Shown: in pieces, positions 9,944 to 19,257 of the stretch
How the letters are laid out: each line of letters opens with the position of its first letter
Numbering within the stretch: the stretch's first letter is position 1
Assembly: GCA_041690355.1 (NCBI GenBank)
Contig: JAWLHK010000001.1
Coordinates: 248,001 to 312,000 of the forward strand
Reading direction: 5' to 3'
DNA: 64,000 nt
From: a bacterium
GTDB taxonomy: Bacteria; J088; JAWLBW01
Notes under the pieces: model-generated
The model's input: only the letters and a program-made list of their open reading frames with translations
Database searches by the model: none
What the model was told of the DNA's origin: nothing
Position numbers and translations under genes: made by a program

Positions 9944-12550
9944 ATGCGCAAACTAGTGTTTCGAGCTGCCGTCCTGCTTATCGCTGCCTGCACCGGACGT
10001 CAATGCACAGCCTGTGAGTCGTGTGAGCCCACACTTTACGACGAAATCACGCTGAACGAAGTCCCGACGGACACGACAAACGAAGCAGTAGAAAGCATCT
10101 TTCTCTATTTCTCACCCGGTCACCACACGGTGTCCAATGACGAGGTCCGGTTAGACAACATAACACCGAAGGGCAATGGGCCGGAGAGTTACCTTGTGGG
10201 TATGCAGTACAGTTACCTGGGTGGTACGTGCTTTGAGTCTGTGCCTATTCCTGGCACCGATCGTACTTTCGAACTCCCAGAGCCCCTCTGTCAATATGAG
10301 TTGGAATCGGTCATCCGGGTCGTGCCTAAGTCTGACGGCCGCTACGTTTCAGGTCGCACGGTGGGTGGGAAAGTCATTCGCGATCTGAACTTTACAGTCG
10401 AACAGCAAATCACGGGGGTTGTATACGATCCCCTTCCTTGCGAAGGCGACGCCGGCGAGCCCATTCTTGAGATACCGCTCCCACCCGTTGGTTTGGGGTG
10501 CGTCTACTCGTTCTCCGGGAATGCAACGATGCCTGCGAGGCACAGTTGGAACTGGGTGCGCCGCTATCGAGAACAGACAAGGATGATTGGACAGGCACTT
10601 GAAATTGGCGTCTCCCCGAATGATGAAGGATTCATTGTCAATGAACTTCCGGCTCCGGTTGGGGAGTGTGTCCCGGTCCGGCTGACTGAACTCAGCCACA
10701 ATGTCATAGGGGATTTGGCCTTCGCTTCAACCGGGGGGGTCAGCGAAGAGGCCGGGGCTTGGCTGCGAACGAACTTCCTGCCTACGATTCAAACCCTGGG
10801 CAGAACTGTAGCTCAAGAGGTGCTGACCAATTTCTCTCGCACCGGACCGGTTGCCGTCTCGACCGACCAGCGCCCCCCCGCCGGGGCCGTACTCCTGGAT
10901 TCTTTCTCAGGAGCCCATTCGGGGTTTCTCACGTGGCTTGAGAATCAAGACACGCACATCCGATTTGGGGTGCATGACGGGGGTGCCGATGTCATGCCGC
11001 CACAACCGTTGCTGGATTGCCACCCGATCAGTCAGGCGGCTACGCCGGGCTTCCCGCGCTCGTTTCATTCAGGGATGGCTCCGTCGGGGGAGGGCAATAT
11101 CCATTTCCGCTTCGAGCGTGGGAATCAAGTTCAGTCGACTCCGGATTCTTTGGCCCTGAGAGGGGCCCCACCCTTTAACGTTCTGGGCGACCCACTTTGG
11201 TTTGTCCAAATGTCACGGGTGAGACCTAGAGACAGTGACAAATTCTTCGTGATCCATAATTTGCATGAGAGCGTAGCTGTGCAGTTCTGTCCTTTGGGAC
11301 CGGATGGCAAGAGTTGCCCTCGCCCTGCCATCGGCGAAAGTTGTGGCTTCGGTTTGGACGGTGTGGAGGATGCCTTTACGTGCCGATGGCGAACAAACGC
11401 ACCGGATCCTGCCGACCCCTCAACGTGGGAGTACACCTACGAGCGACAGCCAATCGTGTTCAGCCCGTATTCAAAGGAAAACATGCACCCCTATCCGGAC
11501 ATTGGCTGGGCTGAGACGAATGGGGATGGCTATCTTAATCAGTCTGAACTTCCCGTAATGTTCGTGCCGAATTTCCGCTATGACATGACCCCCTACCTGG
11601 TGCCTGGGTCCTACGGTGTGAAGTTCTGGCTGTCCCATGAGCGTGACGCTGAGCAAGACTTCCATAAGGCCAATGACTTCGACCGCTCTACTGCAAGGCA
11701 GATGGGCCACGCCTCCACCTACTATTACGATGTAGAATCCGAAAGGTGCGCCGTTGAGGAGAGCGCAAGTATTGCGGGCGACACCGCCATCGTAACTGAA
11801 GCGCGCGCGTTTCGTGATGAAACACTGATGAAGCACAGACTTGGCTTCCTTGCCGCCCGTAAGTACTATCATGTGCAGGAAGATATCAAGAAGGCCGTCG
11901 TACAGAATCCTGCCCTGGCTGGCAAGTTCATTGAAATTGCAAGGGTTGCGCTGGAAGTAGCGGCCGCATTTGAAAATGCCAGTCCCACCGACTACTCAAG
12001 GCCGGTCATCGATCGCCGCTCAGGCGAGAAGATTAAGGCATTCATCGACGAGTTGATCGTCGCCAATGCAGGTAAGGGTTTACGTGACACGCTGGAGGCT
12101 TTCCGCATCGGCCTCATCATGGTGGCGCTCCCGAACGCGCAGAACCCATCCGGGGGCAACTACCTGACTTTCGGGGACGTCATACGCCTCAAGTCAGGGC
12201 AATTGGAGTGGAAATCTGCGACCAGCAGGAACGATCAGTGGCTCAACTACTTGAAACACTACCACCGAAAGCTGAACCCGGCGTTCAGCTCGAGGATAGA
12301 CTCTTTGGAGAGTCTGGTGACACAGAATTTCGAGGGGATGGTTGCCGTTTTCATCCAGTTCCCCGAGTTATTCATCCAGTTTATCGAGTCTGCGGGTGTC
12401 GACGCAGGGGATGAGCAGATCTCGCTGGCGCTGGCGGCAATCGCAGAAGCCTCACAGGACCCTGCAGTCATGGATAACATCCGTAACTTTCTAGAGTCGA
12501 ACGACCTTGACGACTATATAGACGTTGGCGACTGGGTGGAGCTTCCGTGA
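9944..12550 (+). CDS. Large hypothetical secreted/lipoprotein (868 aa) with EF-hand-like and CFI-box-CTERM-like motifs
   Basis: Long ORF with RBS GAGG; signal peptide with LIAAC; visibly lower GC than its neighbours; stop overlaps the next start (GTGA). Confidence 0.75.
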   Translation: MRKLVFRAAVLLIAACTGRQCTACESCEPTLYDEITLNEVPTDTTNEAVESIFLYFSPGHHTVSNDEVRLDNITPKGNGPESYLVGMQYSYLGGTCFESVPIPGTDRTFELPEPLCQYELESVIRVVPKSDGRYVSGRTVGGKVIRDLNFTVEQQITGVVYDPLPCEGDAGEPILEIPLPPVGLGCVYSFSGNATMPARHSWNWVRRYREQTRMIGQALEIGVSPNDEGFIVNELPAPVGECVPVRLTELSHNVIGDLAFASTGGVSEEAGAWLRTNFLPTIQTLGRTVAQEVLTNFSRTGPVAVSTDQRPPAGAVLLDSFSGAHSGFLTWLENQDTHIRFGVHDGGADVMPPQPLLDCHPISQAATPGFPRSFHSGMAPSGEGNIHFRFERGNQVQSTPDSLALRGAPPFNVLGDPLWFVQMSRVRPRDSDKFFVIHNLHESVAVQFCPLGPDGKSCPRPAIGESCGFGLDGVEDAFTCRWRTNAPDPADPSTWEYTYERQPIVFSPYSKENMHPYPDIGWAETNGDGYLNQSELPVMFVPNFRYDMTPYLVPGSYGVKFWLSHERDAEQDFHKANDFDRSTARQMGHASTYYYDVESERCAVEESASIAGDTAIVTEARAFRDETLMKHRLGFLAARKYYHVQEDIKKAVVQNPALAGKFIEIARVALEVAAAFENASPTDYSRPVIDRRSGEKIKAFIDELIVANAGKGLRDTLEAFRIGLIMVALPNAQNPSGGNYLTFGDVIRLKSGQLEWKSATSRNDQWLNYLKHYHRKLNPAFSSRIDSLESLVTQNFEGMVAVFIQFPELFIQFIESAGVDAGDEQISLALAAIAEASQDPAVMDNIRNFLESNDLDDYIDVGDWVELP

Positions 12551-13767
12551 ACAGATTCACCCTACTGATAATTAGTAGCATCGTGATCCAAGGGTGCCAA
12601 GGCGAACCGCCCTCGACCAAGCCAGGCGCCATCATTGAGGTAGAATACCCTACAGGCATCACGCAGGCTGCAGATCTATCAGAGGTCACAATCCTGTCGG
12701 CCGATCAGAACTATTCCTGTGCGGTCGCAACCGGGGGTGTGCCCTATTGCTGGGGCGACAATGAGACAGGACAGCTCGGCCACCAAGACCTCCCGAACTC
12801 GGCAACCCCCGTTTCGCTGCCCACGCCACTCGAACCACTCACACACTTTACGGCCGGCCTGAACAGGGTGTGCGGGCAGACAGTTCAGGGCCAGACTTAC
12901 TGCTGGGGAAATACCGATGTCGGCTCCATCAAACATCGCACACTCGAAACGCCGTATCAGATTCAAGGGCTACCGAAACTGCGCGTGCTGGATGCAGGCG
13001 GACTTTTCGACTGTGGGATTGATGACAGACATCGTGTCTTCTGCTGGTTCATCCATTGGCCCGTCGAAAAGGACCAGTTCGAGAACGCGTTTTACATGCC
13101 GAACACCGAGGCCGTTTCCGTCGCCGCAGGTGGTCTCCACGCGTGCGGCCTCGACCCACACGGTTTCGTATCATGCTGGGGCGAATGGGCGGTGACCCTG
13201 GGACCCGTATGGCAGAACCCGCCTGAAGGCGTCGGCAGCCCGGGAGATATTTACGACCTGAACGGTGTCCCTGCGATGCCCATTCATGCGTGGCAGGTGC
13301 CGCTACCAGCTTCCACAAAGAAGATCGCGGCTGGGGTGAACCATACGTGTGCGCTTCTGGAAACCGGGGCCGTCTATTGCTGGGGATACAACCTGAACGG
13401 CGTACTCGGTCTTCCACTTACAACCGAATACAGTGCCAATCCGGTTGCAGTCGTTTCTTCCGGGGCCACCGACCTGTATGCAGGCAATCTGACCACTTGC
13501 ATTCGGCGACAGGATGGAAAATTTTCCTGCTGGGGCCAATGGCTGTTTGAAGATGTCGACCTGGAGGCCTGTTCTTCAGCTTTTGAGCTTCCCGACGCTT
13601 GCATTCGTCTTCGGCCGGAGGTAACGCCCCTCCCACGCGAGCTGAGCTTGCTTGCGATCGGAAACTACCATCTTTGCTACTATACCGATCGGGTCTACTG
13701 CCTGGGAAAAGATCGGTACGGCCAGCTGGGGCTCGGTGAAGCCGCGTCGACTTCGACGCTACCATGA
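12547..13767 (+). CDS. RCC1/BLIP-II beta-propeller lipoprotein (paralog 1)
   Basis: Lipobox IQGC; repeated AG..HTCAL..G.VYCWG.N..GQLG. Confidence 0.9.
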   Translation: MNRFTLLIISSIVIQGCQGEPPSTKPGAIIEVEYPTGITQAADLSEVTILSADQNYSCAVATGGVPYCWGDNETGQLGHQDLPNSATPVSLPTPLEPLTHFTAGLNRVCGQTVQGQTYCWGNTDVGSIKHRTLETPYQIQGLPKLRVLDAGGLFDCGIDDRHRVFCWFIHWPVEKDQFENAFYMPNTEAVSVAAGGLHACGLDPHGFVSCWGEWAVTLGPVWQNPPEGVGSPGDIYDLNGVPAMPIHAWQVPLPASTKKIAAGVNHTCALLETGAVYCWGYNLNGVLGLPLTTEYSANPVAVVSSGATDLYAGNLTTCIRRQDGKFSCWGQWLFEDVDLEACSSAFELPDACIRLRPEVTPLPRELSLLAIGNYHLCYYTDRVYCLGKDRYGQLGLGEAASTSTLP

Positions 13768-13781
13768 GCAAGGCGCCCAGA

Positions 13782-13843
13782 AGGGCTTCTGCATCCTCGA
13801 CGAACCGCGGCTCAGGAACTGAGCGAGTCGTCGCTGTAGGCGG
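13782..13843 (+). repeat. Direct repeat copy 2 of the Crp gene 3' tail (1-nt deletion)
   Basis: agggcttctgcatcctcgacgaaccgcggctcaggaactgagcgagtcgtcgctgtaggcgg. Confidence 0.95.
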
Positions 13844-13890
13844 AATGCGCATCCTGCCCGCGCTCTTCACGGGCGCCGGCCAAGCGATCG

Positions 13891-13920
13891 TTGACAGGAT
13901 CTTTCGCCCTGCGGTATAGT
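13891..13920 (+). promoter_or_regulatory. Sigma70 promoter of cassette 2
   Basis: TTGACA 13891-13896, 18 bp spacer, TATAGT 13915-13920. Confidence 0.65.
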
Positions 13921-14030
13921 TCGTATCCTTAGCGATAACGCACAGGTGCGCTCGCCAAGGCTCTCCCAGGCGTGGAGGCCTGGTGCGGAACGCGAGGGAA
14001 TGGCCGCCCCCAAGGCTGACGGAGTCTCCA

Positions 14031-15254
14031 ATGCGAACACTGACCCTCCTGACCATCGGCTGCGCGATCTTCCTCGGATGCCGGGGGGATACGGGAACAT
14101 CCTCTCGCAGGCTCACAGACGACGTCGAGGTAGAGCACCCTGCCGGCATTACGCAGGCGGCTGATCTATCAGGGGTCATCATCCTGTCGGCCGAGCAGAA
14201 CTATACCTGCGCTGTTGTTGACAAGGGTACACCCTATTGCTGGGGCCAGAACCACAAAGAGCAGTTCGGCCACCAGGACATCCTGAGCTCAGCCACCCCC
14301 GTTTCACCGCCTACGCCCCTCGAGCCATTCACCCACCTTTCGGCCGGCCTGAGCAGGGTCTGCGCCCAAACGGAAAAGGGGGAGACCTACTGCTGGGGTC
14401 ATACCGATGTGGGCCTGCTCGCACATCGTAAGCTGAGCCAGCCATACCTTGTTCAAGGTCTGCCGAAACTTGAAGTTTTGGATACTGGAGCACTTTTTGA
14501 TTGCGGCGTAACCGCAGAGCAACGCGTCTATTGCTGGTTCATCTACTGGTCAGAAGAGAACAAACAATTCCAGAACGCGTTTTACATGCCGAACACCGAG
14601 GCTGTCTCCGTCGGCGTGGGCGGGCTCCACGCATGCGGCCTCGATGAAGATGGTTTTGTCTCCTGTTGGGGCGAGTGGGATGTGACCCTGGGTCCGATAT
14701 GGAATCAATCTCCGGAGAATACAGGCTCTCCGGGCAAACCCTTTGAACTGAATGGCATCTCTGCAACACCGATCCGTGCTTGGCGCGTTCCGCTTCCGGC
14801 TTCGACAACGAAGATTGCTGTCGGGGGGCGACACACTTGCGCGCTTCTAGATACGGGCGCCGTCTATTGCTGGGGGTACAACTGGGGTGGTGAGCTGGGA
14901 CTCCCACTCTCAACGGATATCAGCGCAACCCCTGTTCAAGTTATCGCCTCCGGCGCCACCGACGTGCACGCCGGAAATTGGCTGACCTGTGCTCGCCTGC
15001 AGAGTGGCGACTTTTCCTGCTGGGGCGAATGGATTTTCGATAGTGAGGACATGGACGCCTGTATACAACGTTCGGTTCCGGAGGACTCCTGCATCCGTAG
15101 GCCAACATCCGCGCCGCTCCCCAGGAACCTGAGCCTGCTCGCGATCGGGAATTACCACCTTTGCTACTATTCGGACCGGATACAATGCGTCGGTTGGGAT
15201 CGGTACGGCCAACTGGGGCTGGGTGAACCCGCGTCCACGTCGACGCTCCCATGA
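14031..15254 (+). CDS. RCC1/BLIP-II beta-propeller lipoprotein (paralog 2)
   Basis: RBS GGAG 14021-14024; lipobox FLGC; collinear with paralog 1, roughly two-thirds identical by eye. Confidence 0.9.
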   Translation: MRTLTLLTIGCAIFLGCRGDTGTSSRRLTDDVEVEHPAGITQAADLSGVIILSAEQNYTCAVVDKGTPYCWGQNHKEQFGHQDILSSATPVSPPTPLEPFTHLSAGLSRVCAQTEKGETYCWGHTDVGLLAHRKLSQPYLVQGLPKLEVLDTGALFDCGVTAEQRVYCWFIYWSEENKQFQNAFYMPNTEAVSVGVGGLHACGLDEDGFVSCWGEWDVTLGPIWNQSPENTGSPGKPFELNGISATPIRAWRVPLPASTTKIAVGGRHTCALLDTGAVYCWGYNWGGELGLPLSTDISATPVQVIASGATDVHAGNWLTCARLQSGDFSCWGEWIFDSEDMDACIQRSVPEDSCIRRPTSAPLPRNLSLLAIGNYHLCYYSDRIQCVGWDRYGQLGLGEPASTSTLP

Positions 15255-15269
15255 CGCAGACTGCCTGGA

Positions 15270-15331
15270 CGGTTTCCGCTTCCCCGACGCGGCACGGCTC
15301 AAGGAGCTGAGCGAGTCGTCGCTGTAGGCGG
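15270..15331 (+). repeat. Direct repeat copy 3 of the Crp gene 3' tail (diverged, frame preserved)
   Basis: Encodes DGFRFPDAARLKELSESSL* versus native EGFCILDEQRLKQLSESSL*; invariant 25-mer at 15307-15331. Confidence 0.9.
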
Positions 15332-15336
15332 AGGCG

Positions 15337-16557
15337 CTAGGCCTCGCTGCCGGCCGTGCGACGCGCGGGCCGTTGCGTGTCGGGCACCAGCGCGGGCGCG
15401 AGCTGAACGGCGTACCAGAAGACGCCCCCGTAGAGGAACACCGCCGAAGCCGCGACGATCCCCGCCGCTGCGGGGAGCATCGGTTCCGCCGTTCGCAGGA
15501 GCACGCCCAGCGTGACGAGCGCGAGCACGGCGCAGTATCCGCCAACGGATGCGCGGCGCGTGCGCAGCATGCTCGGGAACACGCGCTGCGTGAGCCCCAT
15601 GACGAGCAGCAGGGCGAACCCCGCGGCCACCTGGTGGCGGGCCACGTCGACCCAGAAGTAACCGTTGCCCGGCAGCCCGCCGGCGCGACCGAGCAGGTGC
15701 ACCAGCCCCGAGAGGGCGAGAAAGCCGAAGGCGATGCGCACGTAAAGTCGCAGCACGGCGTCGAGCTCGGGTTCGCGTTCGATCCCCATGCGCACGCGGC
15801 GCGGCGCGAAGACGCGCATCCCCCAGGCCGCTGCCAGCCCGCCAATGGCAGAAGCCGCCGCACCCGGAATCGACCACGGTGCGGGCGCCCAGTCGGCGAC
15901 GGCCATTCCCGCAGGGAGCAGGAAGGCCCCCGCCGCGACGATCCGCTCGTGGGGAAAATCGAGGCCGACCATGGCGGGCAGCATGCGCACCCCCATGGCG
16001 AGCGTGATCGGCACGATGCTTCCGTAGACGAGCAGGTGCGTTCCGCCCGGCGATCCCCACGGGGTAAAGAGGACGATCGCCGTGGCGACCGGGGCCATCG
16101 TCAATCCGCCGAGAAGCATGAGAAAGGGGGCCTCGAGAAGCGGCCGTTCGCTCTGCAGCGCCGCATGCCAGAGCACGGCCGTTCCGCCGAGGAGCGCGGC
16201 GAGGACCGCTGCGCCGGCCGCCATGCTTCCCGCGCGGAAATCCACCAAGTGGACGCTCACGAGCGCGGCGAGCGCGGCCGCCAGCGCGAACATCCACGCG
16301 ATCATGCGGGGACCCCAGGCGCGCCCGCCGCCGAGCATGCCCGGCATGCCGCGGACGAGAAAGGCCCAGATGAGCACGAGAAAGAACCCGAGCGACTGGA
16401 CGAGCGCGTGCACCCACGCCGGCACCGCCGCCAGGGGGAGCGGCCACCCCGCGTAGCCGAGCAGCCGCACGAGCCCGAGCGTGCTTCCGGGAATGACGAG
16501 AAACGCGAGCGCGATCGCGAGCGATGCCCGAATCGGGTGTGTGTTTTTCCAGAACAT
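15337..16557 (-). CDS. NnrS-like multi-pass membrane protein
   Basis: About 12 hydrophobic helices; membrane His motifs WVHALVQ.LGF and ARHQVAAGF; start MFWK at 16557 inferred. Confidence 0.65.
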   Translation of the reverse strand: MFWKNTHPIRASLAIALAFLVIPGSTLGLVRLLGYAGWPLPLAAVPAWVHALVQSLGFFLVLIWAFLVRGMPGMLGGGRAWGPRMIAWMFALAAALAALVSVHLVDFRAGSMAAGAAVLAALLGGTAVLWHAALQSERPLLEAPFLMLLGGLTMAPVATAIVLFTPWGSPGGTHLLVYGSIVPITLAMGVRMLPAMVGLDFPHERIVAAGAFLLPAGMAVADWAPAPWSIPGAAASAIGGLAAAWGMRVFAPRRVRMGIEREPELDAVLRLYVRIAFGFLALSGLVHLLGRAGGLPGNGYFWVDVARHQVAAGFALLLVMGLTQRVFPSMLRTRRASVGGYCAVLALVTLGVLLRTAEPMLPAAAGIVAASAVFLYGGVFWYAVQLAPALVPDTQRPARRTAGSEA

Positions 16558-16593
16558 GACCAGAAGTATAGGGCCCCGGGGGCGAAAAGGGGT

Positions 16594-16607
16594 ATGATAT
16601 CCGTCAC
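16594..16607. promoter_or_regulatory. Crp/Fnr-type box ATGAT-ATCC-GTCAC
   Basis: Centred about 42.5 nt upstream of the start predicted from the minus-strand -10 TATACT (16570-16565). Confidence 0.65.
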
Positions 16608-16609
16608 CC

Positions 16610-16897
16610 ATGCCCGTGTTTCCCAGCGATCTGCCCGACGACCCCCGTATCCGCGCGTGGCAGGATGAGACCGGGCGCCGTCACCTCGACGTGCGCGAGC
16701 TCCTGCTCGACGGCGGCGAGCCCTACCAGCACATCATGAGTGCCGTGAATTCGCTTGCCCCTGGCGAAACGATGACGCTGCACGCGATCTTCGAGCCGGT
16801 TCCCCTCCTCCGCAAACTCGGGCGCCAGGGCTACGGCCTCGCTTCCGTCCACGTCGGCCTCGACCACTGGGCCCTCGACATCCGCCGGCCGGAGTAA
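16610..16897 (+). CDS. DUF2249 domain protein
   Basis: LDVRELLLDGGEPY..IM.AV..L.PGE...LHAIFEPVPLL..L...G motif. Confidence 0.8.
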   Translation: MPVFPSDLPDDPRIRAWQDETGRRHLDVRELLLDGGEPYQHIMSAVNSLAPGETMTLHAIFEPVPLLRKLGRQGYGLASVHVGLDHWALDIRRPE

Positions 16898-16929
16898 TTC
16901 ATCCGTCTGCTCAGAATTCTTTCCGCGTC

Positions 16930-16943
16930 ATGACGCTTGTCAT
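16930..16943 (+). promoter_or_regulatory. Crp/Fnr-type box ATGAC-GCTT-GTCAT upstream of nirK
   Basis: Perfect 5-4-5 inverted repeat; centre at -41.5 if CAGACT (16966-16971) is the -10. Confidence 0.75.
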
Positions 16944-17018
16944 ACCGGCGCCCTCGTGCTGCGGGCAGACTGAAGGCAAAGGAATCGCCCGCAACCCATT
17001 ATCTCCGAAGGAGCGAAC

Positions 17019-18464
17019 ATGAAAAAAACAGCCTTCACGACAGCCGCCGCCCTGCTGGCAGCGTCGCTGTCGCAGCCCGTCGAAGCGGCGCAGAGCAAGC
17101 TGCCCGTCGAAAAAGCCATTCTTACCGATGCGCCCGATGTGCCGCCGCCGATTACACGCAAAACCCCCGCGAAGGTCGTCGTCGAGCTCGAGGTCATCGA
17201 ACAGAAGGGCACCCTCGCCGACGGCGTCGAATACGTCTTCTGGACGTTCGGCGGCAAGGTGCCGGGCAAGTTCATCCGCGTGCGCGAAGGCGACACGGTG
17301 GAGTTCCACCTCATGAACCACCCGTCGAGCAAGATGCCGCATAACATCGACCTCCACGCCGTGACCGGCCCTGGCGGAGGAGCGACCAGCTCGTTCACCG
17401 CCCCCGGCAAGCAGTCGCAATTCACCTTCAAGGCGCTGAATCCGGGCCTGTACATCTATCACTGCGCCACCGCGCCCGTGCCGATGCACGTCGCCAACGG
17501 CATGTACGGCCTGATTCTCGTGGAACCGAAGGAAGGGATGCCGAAGGTCGATCGCGAGTTCTACGTCGTGCAGGGCGACTTCTACACGAAGGGGAACTTC
17601 GGCGAGAAGGGGCTGCAGCCGTTCGACATGCAGCGCGGCATCGACGAGAACCCCTCCTACGTCGTCTTCAACGGCGCCGTCGGATCGCTGGTCGGCGACA
17701 ACGCCCTGCAGGCGAAGAAGGGCGAATCGATCCGCATGTTCATCGGGAACGGCGGACCGAACCTGATCAGCTCCTTCCACGTCATCGGCGAAATCTTCGA
17801 CCGCGTCTTCACCGAGGGAGGCATCAAGGGGAATCAGGAGCAGGTGCAGACCACGTTGATCCCGGCCGGCGGCTCGGCCATCGTCGAGTTCAAGGTCGAC
17901 GTGCCGGGAACGTTCATCCTTGTGGACCACTCCCTCTTCCGCGCCTTCAACAAGGGAACGCTGGGGATGCTGAAGGTGAGCGGCGAAGAAGACAAGGCAA
18001 TCTACTCCGGCAAGGAAGTCGACGCCGTCTACCTCGGCAGCCAGACGAGCGAGGGCGTCAAGGCCCGCACCAAGGCCCAGGAAGCCCGCACGAAGCTGCA
18101 GGCCGACCCGAAGGTCAAGGCGCTCAGCCGCACGGCCATGATCGAAAAGGGGAACGCGGTCTATCTGGACAACTGCTCGGCCTGCCACCAGCCCAACGGT
18201 GCGGGGATCGCCTCGGTGTTTCCCCCGCTCGCGAAGAGCGATTACCTGATGGCCGACCGGGCCCGCGCCATCAACGTCGTGCTCAAGGGGCTGCACGGGC
18301 CGGTGACGGTCAACGGCACGCTCTACAACAGCGAGATGCCGCCGTTCGGCGCGTCGCTCTCCGACGACGAAGTGGCCGCAGTTGTCACCTACATCCGCAA
18401 CAGCTGGGGAAACAAGGGTGAAGTCACCAGCCCCGACGAAGTCAAGCAGGTGCGTTCTGAGTAA
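17019..18464 (+). CDS. nirK: Copper-containing nitrite reductase with C-terminal cytochrome c domain
   Basis: Cu and catalytic motifs HNIDLH, YHCA..MHVANGM, SSFHVIG, VDHS; C-terminal CSACH..M; signal peptide; RBS AAGGAG. Confidence 0.95.
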   Translation: MKKTAFTTAAALLAASLSQPVEAAQSKLPVEKAILTDAPDVPPPITRKTPAKVVVELEVIEQKGTLADGVEYVFWTFGGKVPGKFIRVREGDTVEFHLMNHPSSKMPHNIDLHAVTGPGGGATSSFTAPGKQSQFTFKALNPGLYIYHCATAPVPMHVANGMYGLILVEPKEGMPKVDREFYVVQGDFYTKGNFGEKGLQPFDMQRGIDENPSYVVFNGAVGSLVGDNALQAKKGESIRMFIGNGGPNLISSFHVIGEIFDRVFTEGGIKGNQEQVQTTLIPAGGSAIVEFKVDVPGTFILVDHSLFRAFNKGTLGMLKVSGEEDKAIYSGKEVDAVYLGSQTSEGVKARTKAQEARTKLQADPKVKALSRTAMIEKGNAVYLDNCSACHQPNGAGIASVFPPLAKSDYLMADRARAINVVLKGLHGPVTVNGTLYNSEMPPFGASLSDDEVAAVVTYIRNSWGNKGEVTSPDEVKQVRSE

Positions 18465-18492
18465 ACGGGCAACCATCGCCGCCATCCTCGCG

Positions 18493-19257
18493 ATGGCGGC
18501 TTTCTTTTCCGCTCGCGCGGCCGGTGCCGAGCCGCCGCCGCGCGAACGGGTTTCTCTGCGGGCGGCGACCTTCACGCCGCTCTACAGTCCCGAAGGGACC
18601 GGAGCCACTGTGGCCATCGCCGCCTTTCAACTCGACGCGAAACCGGTGACGCAGGGCGAGTTCCGTGACTTCCTGCGCGAACAGCCGCGGTGGCAGCGTA
18701 CGAACGCGCCGCGCATCTTCCGCGACGAGCACTACCTGCGCGACTGGGCGGGCGACCTCGAACCGGGTTCCCCCGAAGCCCTGCAGCGACCTGCCGTGCA
18801 GGTTTCCTGGTTCGCCGCCCGCGCGTTCTGCCGGGCACATGGCGGCCGCCTGCCGACCCAGGCGGAGTGGGAATATGCGGCCCTGGCCGGCGACCATGGC
18901 CCCGACATGCGCCAGGAACCCGCCGTGCGCGAGGGGATCATGCGCTGGTACGTCACGCCCGCCGATGAAGACTTGGCCCCCGTCGGCGCGCGGCCGCCGA
19001 ACTACTGGGGCCTCTACGACATGCACTCGTTGATCTGGGAATGGGTCGACGATTTCAACACGAACATCACGACCGGCGACAACCGCGGCGACGGCGACAG
19101 CGAGCGGAATCTGTTCTGCGGCGCCTCGGCGGGCCTGTCGACCGACCGCGCAGACTATGCCGCCTACATGCGATTCGCGCTGCGCTCGAGCCTGACCCCG
19201 GCCTACACGGGCCGCAACCTCGGCTTCCGCTGTGCCTACGACGGAACAGGAGAATGA
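18493..19257 (+). CDS. nirV: NirV-like FGE-sulfatase (SUMF1) domain protein; start uncertain, may be about 18457
   Basis: VSWFAARAFC..GGRLPTQAEWEYAA, NYWGLYDMH..WEW, LGFRCA; directly follows nirK. Confidence 0.8.
   Translation: MAAFFSARAAGAEPPPRERVSLRAATFTPLYSPEGTGATVAIAAFQLDAKPVTQGEFRDFLREQPRWQRTNAPRIFRDEHYLRDWAGDLEPGSPEALQRPAVQVSWFAARAFCRAHGGRLPTQAEWEYAALAGDHGPDMRQEPAVREGIMRWYVTPADEDLAPVGARPPNYWGLYDMHSLIWEWVDDFNTNITTGDNRGDGDSERNLFCGASAGLSTDRADYAAYMRFALRSSLTPAYTGRNLGFRCAYDGTGE

Noticed and set aside
12547-15254. RCC1 paralogs as the template/variable pair of a diversity-generating retroelement
   Set aside because: There is no reverse transcriptase, differences are not adenine-specific, and both are full genes.
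9687-15331. Crp-tail repeats as a CRISPR array or integron attC sites
   Set aside because: The intervals are 1.5-4 kb of genes, the repeat is coding sequence without attC R/L-box palindromy, and no cas or intI gene is present.
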